DNA from: Basidiobolus ranarum
Taxonomy: Eukaryota
DNA length: 38,251 nt
Reading direction: 5' to 3'
Assembly: GCA_040143965.1 (NCBI GenBank)
Contig: JASJQH010000048.1
Span: 1-38,251, forward strand
A program made the translations under genes and the position numbers. Below the pieces are notes generated by a model. The model was not told where the DNA came from. It saw only the letters and a list, made by a program, of their open reading frames with translations, and made no database searches. How positions within the stretch are numbered: position 1 is the stretch's first letter; each line of letters opens with the position of its first letter. Positions 1 to 10,596 of the stretch are shown here, one piece after another.

Positions 1-189
1 TTTTGCTATTTAAGATCATCACAAGGCGTGTCTTACCTCAAGGGAATCTAAGCTGGTTTTATATTGTAATCAGTGATGTGATAATAATGGGATTGATTTA
101 ATTTCCTTTTCTACTGAATTTTGATGGTGATCAGGCTATGGCTAAATTGCAAGAATTATTTAAATCCAAATCAACTTTTAATGCGCAAT

Positions 190-220
190 GGGCAATGGGT
201 AATGGGTAGTGGGTAATGGG
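190..220 (+). repeat. 7-bp tandem repeat (AATGGGT)x5 with five GGG tracts (G-quadruplex motif)
   Basis: Sequence ggg caat ggg taat ggg tagt ggg taat ggg, about 35 bp past the SDR stop codon. Confidence 0.85.
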
Positions 221-253
221 TAATGCTTGCAAATGCAGATTGAATATCTAGAT

Positions 254-1212
254 TTACCACGGAAGTGTTTCTCCTTCAAAGGTGAGGAATTTCCCGTTAT
301 CCGTAGCTGTGAGACCGTTAATAACTTTCATCATGCCAGAAATACTTTGCTTTGGGGTAACTGGGGCATCTTCACCACCCAGATCTGCGAATAAGTGAAT
401 TTAATATAAGCCAATTCATAAGTAATAATGTAACCAATTCCTTACCAGTTTGCACCCAACCAGGATGAATAGATATAACGACAAAACCCTTGTCGCTGAG
501 TTCTTTAGCGAAGCAGGTGGTTACTATTGAGTTATTTGTAAAGTTAGTGATGCTATAAGTGCTGGTGTACTAATCTTCCAACTTACACATGTTTAAAGCT
601 GTTTTGGTTACTGCATAGCCCATTTGAGGTAGCATAGAGATATTCAAAGCTATTGATCCAAGGATAGAACCGATGTTTATGATCTTTTTCTGATTTCCCT
701 TCTCCAACAGAGGAATGAATTGTTGAGCTACCAACATAGGTCCACTAACGTTAGTGGAAAACATTGATTCAAGAACGGCCTTCGAACTACAAGAATTAGT
801 GTTGTTTTCGAGTGGGAATAGCACGTTGGTACTTACGTCTTAGTCAAGCCTGGAGCATCACTACCAACTCCAGCGTTGTTGATTAATACGTCAATACCAT
901 TCGAGGCCACTGTAGATATCTCCTCCGCGCCAGCCTGCAACAGGTTGGAGTGATAAGTTATACATATTGTGAAGTAGAAAAGATTATTAGATATATTGTG
1001 AGTACACTCACCTTTATGGATTCTTCGTCATTCACGTCAAGTTTGTGGATACTTAGTCTATCTTCAAAGGTGCTCTTTAGTTGATTGAGCTCCTTAGCTG
1101 ACGATGGGTTTCTGCAGCATGCGTATACTTTCGCTTCCTCATTGTTGAGGATTTGAGTTACGAATTCCAATCCCAAGCCTCGGGAAGCACCGGTGATAAC
1201 ATAGGTAGTCAT
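254..1212 (-). CDS. Short-chain dehydrogenase/reductase, C-factor (CsgA)-like; spliced
   Basis: Rossmann motif MTTYVITGASRGLG, NNAG motif, catalytic YxxxK (GYAVTK), IHPGWVQTD and C-terminal ETLPW*. Exons are joined by GT-AG introns (e.g. 1011-935). Confidence 0.9.
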
Positions 1213-1370
1213 GGTAAAGTAGAAAAAGCTGTTGGGTCTCTCATTAATCAATAGCCTTTATATAAGATTATTATTTTCCGATCAGTAGTAATCACTGATT
1301 ACGTTTCAAGGTATTTTCGGCAAAAAATCATTTCGTGCCCTCATATACGGAGCATAGTTTATTACTAAGT

Positions 1371-1406
1371 GTATGATTCGTATAATTCGTATGATTCGTA
1401 TGATTG
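1371..1406. repeat. 9-bp tandem repeat (GTATRATTC)x4 upstream of the SDR gene
   Basis: gtatgattc gtataattc gtatgattc gtatgattg. Confidence 0.85.
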
Positions 1407-1801
1407 ATAAAATAACTAACTCATCCTCCATCCAGATTGATATCATCATGATGCACGTGACTTCAACAGTGCTTAATAAAGTAGAATCAAGTCCTAATCC
1501 AAAGGTATTTAATTATCCTAATGCGCTTGCTAAGTTTCGCTCTAGTTCTCAGGGGTACACTCACAATTGACAGTTAGAAATTGGTGAACGAGTTTAGGTT
1601 TCTTGTTTGTATTGGAACTAGGGCTAGTGGCTAGGGTGAAAGAATGGTAGAGTGAAAGGAACCTGATTCAATATATACGAAGGTCAATAAGAGATTCTAT
1701 ATTAGGGACTAGGGTTAGTTTTAAAATATACATTTGTTAGGTTTCTCACTGAATTTGGCCACGAACTAACTACCACCATGATGTCGATTATTTGGCTTCA
1801 A

Positions 1802-4220
1802 TTACCACCATGAGCCAGATGGCTTAGGTTGAGTATTCGCTTCAATCCTCTTATCCACATTAGCAGAGTATTCCAAAATCTTGCTATGAATAATGTCGTC
1901 CAGATCCTCATCTTTACCAGATACGATTCTCAATAGATCTTCAGTCAGGGCGTAGTTTCCAAGAATATCTACATGATCTGCGGTCTTCACCCCTCCTCGT
2001 AGATCAAATTTAGTAAGTTCGTGTTCGAACTCTCTAGTAACAATCTTGATACCAGATGGATTGTACAGCGGCTTTTTCCATCCGCTGGAGCACATGTAGC
2101 CTAACGAGATCAAAGGTACTGTGCCATCTCTAAATGAAATAATTAAAATACCTTGTCTACAGTTAGGAAATGATAGACTCCACTAACCCGTCTGACTCTA
2201 CTATTCCAGATGAAATGTTGTAATCTGCCTGATGAACATTCGTGTCGATGTAAATGTTTGGGTTCAAAAGTTCTTTCGGCAGGATCTTTGAACTCTTAGA
2301 TTCGCCTGCACCAGCTGCTGCAGCATTTTCCGGTTCTACCTGATCAGCCGTGTAGTAATATTGTCTCTCTGTCAATTTTCCGACTCCGTGCAGGCAATAG
2401 ATCTTCATATTGGGTGCGTTGGGTAGTTGCGAATCTAAGGGGTTAGCCCAAGTGGTGGGATCATCGCGTTTTAACTCTCCATTGTCGTTACTAAATCCTA
2501 AGCTGTAAAGTCTGGTGAAGTAGCTCTTAAAGCTTTCATCTCCAGTTTTAAATAGCAACTCTAATGCATCTTCCAAAGTCAAGTTTCGAGTTACCGATTC
2601 CCCTTGACTGAAGGAGATAATTGGCCCATAAGAATGTTTGATATGAGGGATATCATCGGGTGCGGAACTCTCATCTCCCCAGACGTAATTCCCTCCTTTA
2701 GGCATCATTGAGGCCACTCCACCCCACGTACGGAATAGCTCGGTACGTTCACGTCTCGAAAAGAACTGCTCCAACACATAATTAGCAACTGGCTGAACAG
2801 TTTCTCTTTGCTCTCCGGAGAGTAAAGAGCTGAGTGTTTTAGGTACACCGAGCATGGGACCAGCTATATTAACAAACGTATGAATGTAATCATTGACCCA
2901 GTTTGGCCCTCCTTTACCTCCTTGCTCACTCTCCACCCATTGTAGGAAATAATAGATAACATTGGAACCTTGGTGAGAGAATAATCGAGTTACTCTTCTG
3001 AGGTTATCTAGCCAACGTAACGAGATTAAGCTTACCCATTGAATGACCTACGAGAACAGCTTTCTCTCCGGTATACATCTTCGCCAATTCGATAGTGTTC
3101 TTCATACGAGTGAAATGTTGATCACGAACCTCAAGGTCAGCAAATCCTAGACGCCAATCGTATCCAGCAAGATGCATATTGTTATTATCATAACCTATGG
3201 CGGCGAGATTTTCAATAACTTTGCCTAAATTCATTGTATGATTTAATATAAAGAACATGTGTAAGAAGAGAGGAAGACTCTATCCACTGATCTTACCCCA
3301 AATCCAGTATCTAACGATTTCATTAAATGATATGACTATATTAGTACTGTTGACGAGGTTTATCTCTCAAGTGAAAGAAACGTACCCAGTAATGAAATAA
3401 TCCGCCGCATCTAAACCTTGAGCTGCACGAAGTTTAACGTCGGTAGGATCGAGACCAGTGATAGGATCTAGCTTCATATTTTGAATCCAGCATTGTTTGT
3501 CCAAAAGTACCGCACGAAGCATGGCTAAATATCTCAGTTAATATGGCAAGGATTTTATGAACCAGTAAGAAAATATCTCTTACTTGCGGTTCCCCAAAGA
3601 CGTTTCCTGAAATATTTCAAGGCACAATCTGAGGTACTCCAACTTTCCAAGCCCTAGAAAATTAAAGTAAACAGAGATGGAGAGGTTGTTATCGTAAGTG
3701 AATGGAAGCAACTAAGATATCTCTTCAAATTCAAGGTTAAACTTACTGTAGAGATGATTCCTGGGACAAGAATAACCGGATGCTTAGCTTTAACGCCTTC
3801 CAATACCAATTGTTTACCTGGCAAAAAATCCCCAATCTCTTGTTCTGTTTTCAACAAACTGGTCAAATTGTTGAAGATAAAGTCAGGGCTTATATTGGAG
3901 GGTAAGAGTGTAGACAAGTCCAAGTCATGAAATAGATACTCCCTGACTGAGTCTACATAAACACCTATATCTTGATTCTCCACTATAGGCTTCAAGCGAG
4001 CTGCTAATATTGCCCCTAATCCGAAACCGAGGGCAAAGATAAACCGACGCTTACGTGACCAGGATTTTCCAGGCTCTTTTACCTCCGTCGCCTGTACCAT
4101 TTCGTCAACAAGCATTTCTTTGGGATTAGTTTCTTCTGTAGTTGTATGGTCCTTTTGAACCGATGTTTTAGAGAGATCGGAGGATTTCTCGGATTTATTA
4201 TGTAAATGTTTACGTGGCAT
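1802..4220 (-). CDS. LRO1: Phospholipid:diacylglycerol acyltransferase (PDAT, LCAT family); spliced
   Basis: N-terminal TM segment after RKRRFIF, then KHPVILVPGIIST, GYWIWGKVIENL, YDWRL, nucleophile motif GHSMG, LPNAPNMKIYCLHGVGK, DGTVPLISLGYMC and ADHVDILGN. Confidence 0.95.
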
Positions 4221-4515
4221 TAGTGGGGGTTTTTATATTCAAGCTAGTGGTTTATAGTAAGTTAAGTATTTGTGGGGTTAGAAAATGTGGTCAGGTCAGG
4301 CCAGTTTAACAAGAAACAGAGTAGCGGCAGTGAATCCTGTTAAGTATCGAAAATCAATGTGATTCCATATGGCAGTAAATTCGTGTCGCACGATATTAAT
4401 TTACCTTTCACTTACTATTTCCATCCCCTATGCTATGGATGCTTCAAATCAGACCCCTGATATAGCCGAATTTGAAGATCACCATATGAGTAAAAGAACA
4501 GGCTAATGTCCTTTT

Positions 4516-4567
4516 TTCGTATGGTTATTTTCGTATAATGGTTTCGTATAATGGTTTCGTATAATGG
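4516..4567. repeat. 13-bp tandem repeat (TTTCGTATAATGG)x3 plus a degenerate copy upstream of LRO1
   Basis: Exact copies at 4529-4541, 4542-4554 and 4555-4567; partial copy from 4516. Confidence 0.9.
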
Positions 4568-5068
4568 TTAATTACTTCGATGAAAGTCCCCAGTTGTCAA
4601 AGCAAAAGTAAGCATGGCACAGGAGATGTAACAAACAAATCAAAACATCATGTACAGGTTCATTGAGTCATCGAGATACTGGAGATACGGTTAGACAGTA
4701 TTTGGTTAACATTGACATATGATATTCTTAGCCCTAACCCTATTCATGATCCTGCTGATCATTTCTGTACTAGTTTGTTTCGGATTGAAGCGATTTACTA
4801 GGAAGATTTTTGCTTATTGATGCTACTACGTACCTGAGTGTTGGGGTCTAGTCTTAGAATCATGTGATTAGGATCTAATGTAGTGGGTGAAAGGAAAGTA
4901 TGAGAGGAAAGGAGAGGATGCCATGATTGTAGACAACCACCTCCTCATAATCATAGTTCTATCATTGGGAATGAGATAATAAATGAGGGTATGCTAGCAT
5001 GTCATCTCAGCCTTTTCGATAAGGTGAGAGTTTGAGTGAGTAACGACGGAATACAGGAAACAAAGCCA

Positions 5069-6581
5069 TCATCCTTCTTGCATTTCTAAGGGGTAATAGT
5101 GCCCTAAAGCATTCACCACCGTTTGAGAGTCTTCTTGATTTACCTACATTCAAATATATTAACTGTCAAGCTTAAGCCATGATGAAACACATCAATTCAA
5201 AAACTAACCAAAAGATAAACGGTATGATAGGTGGTAAGATAAAATATGGAGATGCCTAGACCTTTAAGCCTTTCTGTACAATCACGTACGATACCGCATT
5301 GCTCTTGAGAAAAAAAATTAGCCAAGACGCTCTTCTTGTCAACAGAATTGTAAATGAAATACCAAATGCAAACGCCGTATTCTCAATCCTCAGTATCGAC
5401 CACGCTCCATCGCAGAAATTGAGACTACCTGGTGGAAATAATGAGAGACAAGGCTCGCTCAAGATCAATGAAGCACTCTCTGAAGTGCGCGTGAATGAGA
5501 AGAATCGATCATCTCGATGTCTGTGTGTTAATTCTAATTAGTATGAAGCAACTACTATAAATATCCATGCCGATGGTTACCTGTCGTTGCTAAAGAAAAG
5601 TAAATGAATCAACGGGATTGACATTGTGTCTTGAACTGCCTCTACGCTTCCGGCTAAAGAGGTCACATAAACTGGACAATCAGGGATGGTCACTACACGA
5701 CGCAAGTTGGTAACTTGTTCGGATGTGGCCATTTCGGGTGAGGATTTCTCTACTTTCGCCACTTCACAGTCCTGGTTCTGTATGGATAGACTCGAGCCAT
5801 CCGTGCTAATTCTTTTACCTTTTGTCAATTTTAAGGAATTAGCTATAAGAAAGGTGAATTATTTTACATCAATACAAAATACCATCGCTACAAGAAGGCG
5901 AGATGTTAAGTGTCACGTCTTCAAGTAATCGTAATTCGTCTCGAATAACAAATGTGTTTGGAAAGCATGATAGAGCTTTTCTCACCGATTCTTCCGGAAT
6001 CTAAATAATACAGAAAATTCAATTTTAGAATGTCTTAATAGAAATTCTACAGAGCATAAACCACCCACCAAGGTATAGTCAGTCTCATACGTAGATAGCT
6101 GAAGAATAGAGATGTCATTGTCGGCTAACGGAGCGGCTATGGAATGTAAACCGGGAACTTTGTAGTTGATAGTAACAAGGATTAGTTAATACGAATAACC
6201 CAACCCACAAAAGGCACTGGACTAATGTCACGGCTTACCTGTTCCACTTTGTCCCGTTAATATTTGAAAAGGAAGGTACACTCTCGGGCAAACAGTCACC
6301 TTTGCTTCTCCAGGAAAGCTATCTATTCCAGATTCGTCCAAGATTAAGGAAATATTGGAGGGGGTTTCAGTAAAACTGAAGAATTCCTTTCCTCTGAATA
6401 AGAAAGTCTTTTAGTTATACTTCGCGACAGTGAATATTGAAGCAAGTCTATTCGACGATGTTTACTCTTTAGGGAACAAAAGCAACTTAATGATAGTATG
6501 TGCGCATATCGGAAGGCTCTCTTTTGCAATAGAGACAAGTCTGAGTCGATAAGGTAAAATACACACTTCCAAGTCTGACAT
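5069..6581 (-). CDS. CASTOR: CASTOR/GATS-like four-ACT-domain protein (homolog of the arginine sensor CASTOR1); 6 exons
   Basis: Manual splicing gives MSDLEVCILPYRLRLVSIAKESLPICAHTIIKLLLFPK-EGKEFFSFTETPSNISLILDE...IAAPLADNDISILQLSTYETDYTL...IPLIHLLFFS...WSILRIENTAFAFEQCGIVRDCTERLKGLGISIFYLTTYHTVYLLVNQ...EG*. This is collinear with human CASTOR1 as recalled (FFSLTETP, IAPLA..SVLMLSTYQTD, GFDECGIV, ISAYYISTF). Exon count is approximate. Confidence 0.88.
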
Positions 6582-6891
6582 TAGACTGACGATAGGTACG
6601 GGCCAATCCTTTATCGGTTAGTGGAGATTGAAACGTTAGAGCTAAAACTCTAAATGCCAAACGTGATCCACGTGATCTTGCAACAGAGATAATCGAGAAT
6701 CTACATTTCCTGTCCCTCTAAACTAGTCAATTCAAAATCAAAGTATATGGTTTAGATTTAAACATGGATTATTGATATCTGAGTAAGAGTTAAAAATTCA
6801 GACGATATTTTGAATGACGGAACATGCTTTCTTTTTTTCGAATATTGACCCAAGTTTCCCATTTTCGCGTGTATTATTAAGTGTGATAAAG
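6582..6891. promoter_or_regulatory. Short divergent promoter shared by CASTOR and MED4, with tandem ACGTGATC (E-box CACGTG at 6669-6674)
   Basis: Head-to-head ATGs 310 bp apart; acgtgatc-c-acgtgatc at 6661-6677. Confidence 0.5.
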
Positions 6892-7789
6892 ATGCATAGA
6901 GAACTTCCATTAAAACAACATGTCGGAGACATAATAGATGAATATACTCGATTACTTCGGACTCTTTTTCGCACAATAGACGCAACTATCGAAGGAAAGC
7001 TAGTTGCTGGTCAGAAAACTCCACAAGAAACAATACGAGCAATCATATTATTAGACGCGAAACTTCAGAAAGCATACGATGAAGGTGGGTTTTCTTATGC
7101 ATTTTTTGAAAGAAAATTATTCCCTTAAGGTAGTAACCTTTTGCACTGATGCTGTATTGAAATTAGTCGAGGAACATCAGAATTACCAACGTCGAATATC
7201 TCAGGTAGAAGAGGAAATCTCGGAATACAATCAAGCGATTAAAGAATTGGTTGAAAAATTAGAAAATACAAAAGAAAACCTCGAATCTATGATAGATCGC
7301 TCAGAAAAAGCCTTGAATACTCTTAATCAAGCTAAAGAAAGTAAGACCCAAAGTATCATACTTGCCCTATTTTTCCCTACTCACATTTCGATGATTTTAG
7401 GCAAACTCAGCTTCAAGGAGATCATATCTTATTCAAACAAGCTCAGCTCATTCACCGCTGCTCCACCGAATTACAATCCGAGCAATACATTTATTCCCGT
7501 GGAACCTCCATACCCAGTTGAAGTTACCATGCGCGCAGGTTCACTCAGTCTTCATCATACCAAAGGAACCGAAGCTGACGCAGTGTCAGGTAATCATCAA
7601 TATCAGAATTGCACTCGCACTCGCGCATACACATTTACTAATAGTGACTTATTGACATTTATAGAAGAATCGGAGGAAGAACAGCCGAGCTATCAAGCCT
7701 TTTCTTTCCTGGCTCAGCAGGAAGAAGAGGAAGCGGCAGAATCCAACGATTTCCTTCTGGATTTAGACTTGAATCCAGATTTAGAGTAA
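6892..7789 (+). CDS. MED4: Mediator of RNA polymerase II transcription subunit 4; 3 introns
   Basis: Coiled-coil middle region (EEHQNYQRRI), then EIISYSNKLSSFTAAPP, PYPVEVTMRAGSL and an acidic tail ending LDLDLNPD. Confidence 0.88.
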
Positions 7790-8119
7790 TGATACTTAAT
7801 GATACAGGCCAACAATCAATTCATGAATATTTTATTTATACATAGCAGCCCAAAATCCTCTTTTCACCGCTATCATTCTCATTTATTTCATTGAATCCCT
7901 CCCAGAAAATATAAATTGCAAAGGATAGTTAACGATGGTTTGTTTGTAAATAATAATACTCCAGTTATGTATCAACCAGCAAATATGGGCTACTGCAGAT
8001 GGTTGCCTTTATTTATATATAATTCTCCTTTTATTCTGGAAAGGCAACAAATCAAGTATATTACAAGGTATGTCAGTTACAACGGAGATAAGATCACAGA
8101 AGGGCAGTAGTTGCCAGTA

Positions 8120-9667
8120 TCATTGAAACTGGGCCCGATACGGCTTGGTAAAGAACGTAGGAGGGAAGATAGCGACAGGGAGTTCAAGTCCTTTGCTGTT
8201 GTCGTAATAGATATCGGCTGTGATTCCACTCAATCTGCCATCACTTTCATGACTAGCATTTTTGCCTGGTAAGCTTTCTAACTCTACGCCAACACATCTA
8301 ACTGGTCCAACAATGTTCAATTTGGTCTTCAACATCATCAAAGGAAGGACAGAGAAAGTGAGGTGGCAATAACCAAGGTCCAGAAATTTAAGCTTATTCC
8401 CAGAACGAAAAATACCTTTCACCATATTATCAATAGAGGACGGTAGATTGCCCACTTCGTCTCCGAGATACAGCAATTCTAATTTAGGGCAGCATAGAAT
8501 CAATTGAGGAATCAAATGACAATCATAAACCGTACGACGTAGCTCTAAGCATGTTAACTCTGAACAATGCTCTGATATTACCTCCAGCCCTTTGGGAATA
8601 TTCATAGAAAGTTGATTTAACCTTAAATAGCGCAACTGTGAGCCTACGCACTTGACCAAACTGGAGAGTCCGGAAAGAGTAACGTCAGTTTTCGATATAT
8701 CGATATCTTGAAGTCGAGCACATTTGCATATCTGCTGTAGTTTAGAATCGTTGATTCCTCGGCTAGATGCTAAAGACACACATCGTAGCTTGGGAAATCT
8801 AGTCAATACATCCAATGAGATGGACTGAAAGTTATATCCAACAAATTCCAAACGATTTAAGCTTTGGCGATGATGGTGATAAAGACTAGCAAGTAGAGCT
8901 TCGATACTCAGAGGTATACCTTCGAGTATAACAGAACACATGGTATTTGGAGATATTCTTTGTAACAATCTTTCCAGTATGGGTGTAAAGTCTCCTTTAG
9001 AAAATCGCACACGAATGTGCAAGTTGGAGAGCTTAGGGGTCACTTGAAAGATAGCTTCGAGATGCTCGGATTGAAGTGCATAATCATCCTTTGTCCAGTC
9101 CAAAGAAATGGATTCCAAAGCGTCGTAGCTACTTGATATATCGATAAGATCCTCGACGGGAAAGCAGCTATTCCAGGACAGGACCTTGAGATTTGAGCTA
9201 GCATAGCGCTCTCGGTACATCTTCCACAATACTCTCAGCTCGAACATAAAGTGCAACCTTATGCTTGCAGTATGTGTAGAGTCTCCTGGCAGTAGATAGT
9301 GCACAAGATAATCGAAGGAATCCAAATTTATACCCTTCACCAAACCGAGATAATTGGTGGTTAACTGACCCAAAAAACCGACATTCAGCAGCTTCTTTAA
9401 CTCAAAAGAAAGTTGGGTCTCAGAATCAATGCAGGCATACAGAATCCGCAAGAATTGAGTAGCCCTAGTTGTATTGATTGTGTTAACAGGCTGAGTTTTA
9501 AAGAATTCACAGGGATTACTATACAATATTGCACTTGACAATTTGAACCAAGACCTATTCACAAGGCAACAATTAAATAGGGAATTCCTGTCGTTCCGAA
9601 GAAACTTTAAAACCTCGTAAGTACACTCTGTGGGTAGCACTATATTCGTTTGGTTTTTCGAATGCAT
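8120..9667 (-). CDS. F-box / RNI-like leucine-rich repeat protein; single exon
   Basis: N-terminal LPTECTYEVLKFL...LFNCCLVNRSW F-box, followed by LRRs (CARLQDIDISKT, CSELTCLEL, CPKLELLYL). Confidence 0.85.
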   Translation of the reverse strand: MHSKNQTNIVLPTECTYEVLKFLRNDRNSLFNCCLVNRSWFKLSSAILYSNPCEFFKTQPVNTINTTRATQFLRILYACIDSETQLSFELKKLLNVGFLGQLTTNYLGLVKGINLDSFDYLVHYLLPGDSTHTASIRLHFMFELRVLWKMYRERYASSNLKVLSWNSCFPVEDLIDISSSYDALESISLDWTKDDYALQSEHLEAIFQVTPKLSNLHIRVRFSKGDFTPILERLLQRISPNTMCSVILEGIPLSIEALLASLYHHHRQSLNRLEFVGYNFQSISLDVLTRFPKLRCVSLASSRGINDSKLQQICKCARLQDIDISKTDVTLSGLSSLVKCVGSQLRYLRLNQLSMNIPKGLEVISEHCSELTCLELRRTVYDCHLIPQLILCCPKLELLYLGDEVGNLPSSIDNMVKGIFRSGNKLKFLDLGYCHLTFSVLPLMMLKTKLNIVGPVRCVGVELESLPGKNASHESDGRLSGITADIYYDNSKGLELPVAIFPPTFFTKPYRAQFQ

Positions 9668-10274
9668 AGTACAAATGGACGAACAAAGAAAGCTATTTAC
9701 TGGAAGGTAAAGATAGTTCCTGATCGGTAGTAAGATAAGAAGCTATAACCGATAAATTAATTCCTTAATTCCAAATTGCGCCTAAGAACATATCACATCC
9801 TATATCCCTCACCCTATACCCTATACTCTATACCCTATCCTCCATCTCTCATCCCAAACCCTAAGTCCTGTTTTAGAACAGTTTTCCTATTTCTCCTGAT
9901 TATGACACACTGTATCTAGCAAGGTAGTCTGATCAATCTTAGTCAGGTAAACTGATAAATCTGCTGATAAACATCATCTGTGTAACAAAATGCTAATATT
10001 AGTTAGATATCTCGGAACATGAATTCCAATCCTAGCCCAAACCCTGAATCTTAAAGCGGAATAACTGAAGCCACCTCCACCTATGCATGATTAAGGGGTT
10101 GGGGTGAGGGCTACATCACATATGATGTCTTTATATAGCAGCAAGCTCCCATATTTGTATTCTATACATCATTGGTTTAGCTTTTGTCATTTTAGGAATG
10201 AATGCTCGTGATCAGTATGTGATTCATGTGTGATCAATTCAGTACACCTTGATGACTGCTCAAAACTCAAGATA

Positions 10275-10482
10275 TAGGGTTAGGGGTGATGTGTGATACG
10301 TAAACTCACACTCAGCTAGCGCTTGCAAAATAAAAAATTTCATGAATCTTGTATATCCAAGTCAGAGTAGGGTTAGGGTTGGATTCGTTTTCCGCAGATT
10401 ACACCAACTTACCAATACTGATCGGGGTGATTTCTGTATGAATATTGTATGTCGCTTATGCAACAGGCAGGGTTAGGGTTAG
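10275..10482. promoter_or_regulatory. Cluster of telomere-like TAGGGTTAGGG motifs upstream of HEL2
   Basis: tagggttagggg 10275-10286, tagggttagggtt 10368-10380, agggttagggttag 10469-10482. Confidence 0.55.
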
Positions 10483-10596
10483 ACAGGATGGAATCAGTAT
10501 CAACCGATCATCCATGAGCTAAACGATTTAGGTGTTAAAAACTTTCTTACACTCCTTTAATTGCCAATTTCTAATTCTAACTTGCGCTATTTAATA

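Noticed and set aside
1373-1570. 65-aa ORF starting MIRIIRMIRMI
   Set aside because: It is the translation of the 9-bp repeat, with no protein features.
4529-4567. TTCGTATAATG matches 11 bp of loxP; the array looks superficially CRISPR-like
   Set aside because: No inverted second arm, no spacers and no recombinase or cas genes; it is a simple tandem repeat.
5815-5850. TTCCTTAA near a CASTOR intron 3' end, resembling a U12 branch site
   Set aside because: The donor is GTATTT, not GTATCCTT, and a normal GCTAAT branch point is adjacent; no U12-type intron was found in the window.
5299-5928. Plus-strand ORFs of 80 aa
   Set aside because: Antisense shadows of CASTOR exons.
9880-10260. TGATGA/CTGA-like words suggesting box C/D snoRNAs
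   Set aside because: No properly ordered C and D boxes with a terminal stem or recognisable rRNA guide; an Infernal scan would be needed.
10275-10482. Chromosome end or interstitial telomere
   Set aside because: At most two consecutive TTAGGG units, flanked by ordinary genes.
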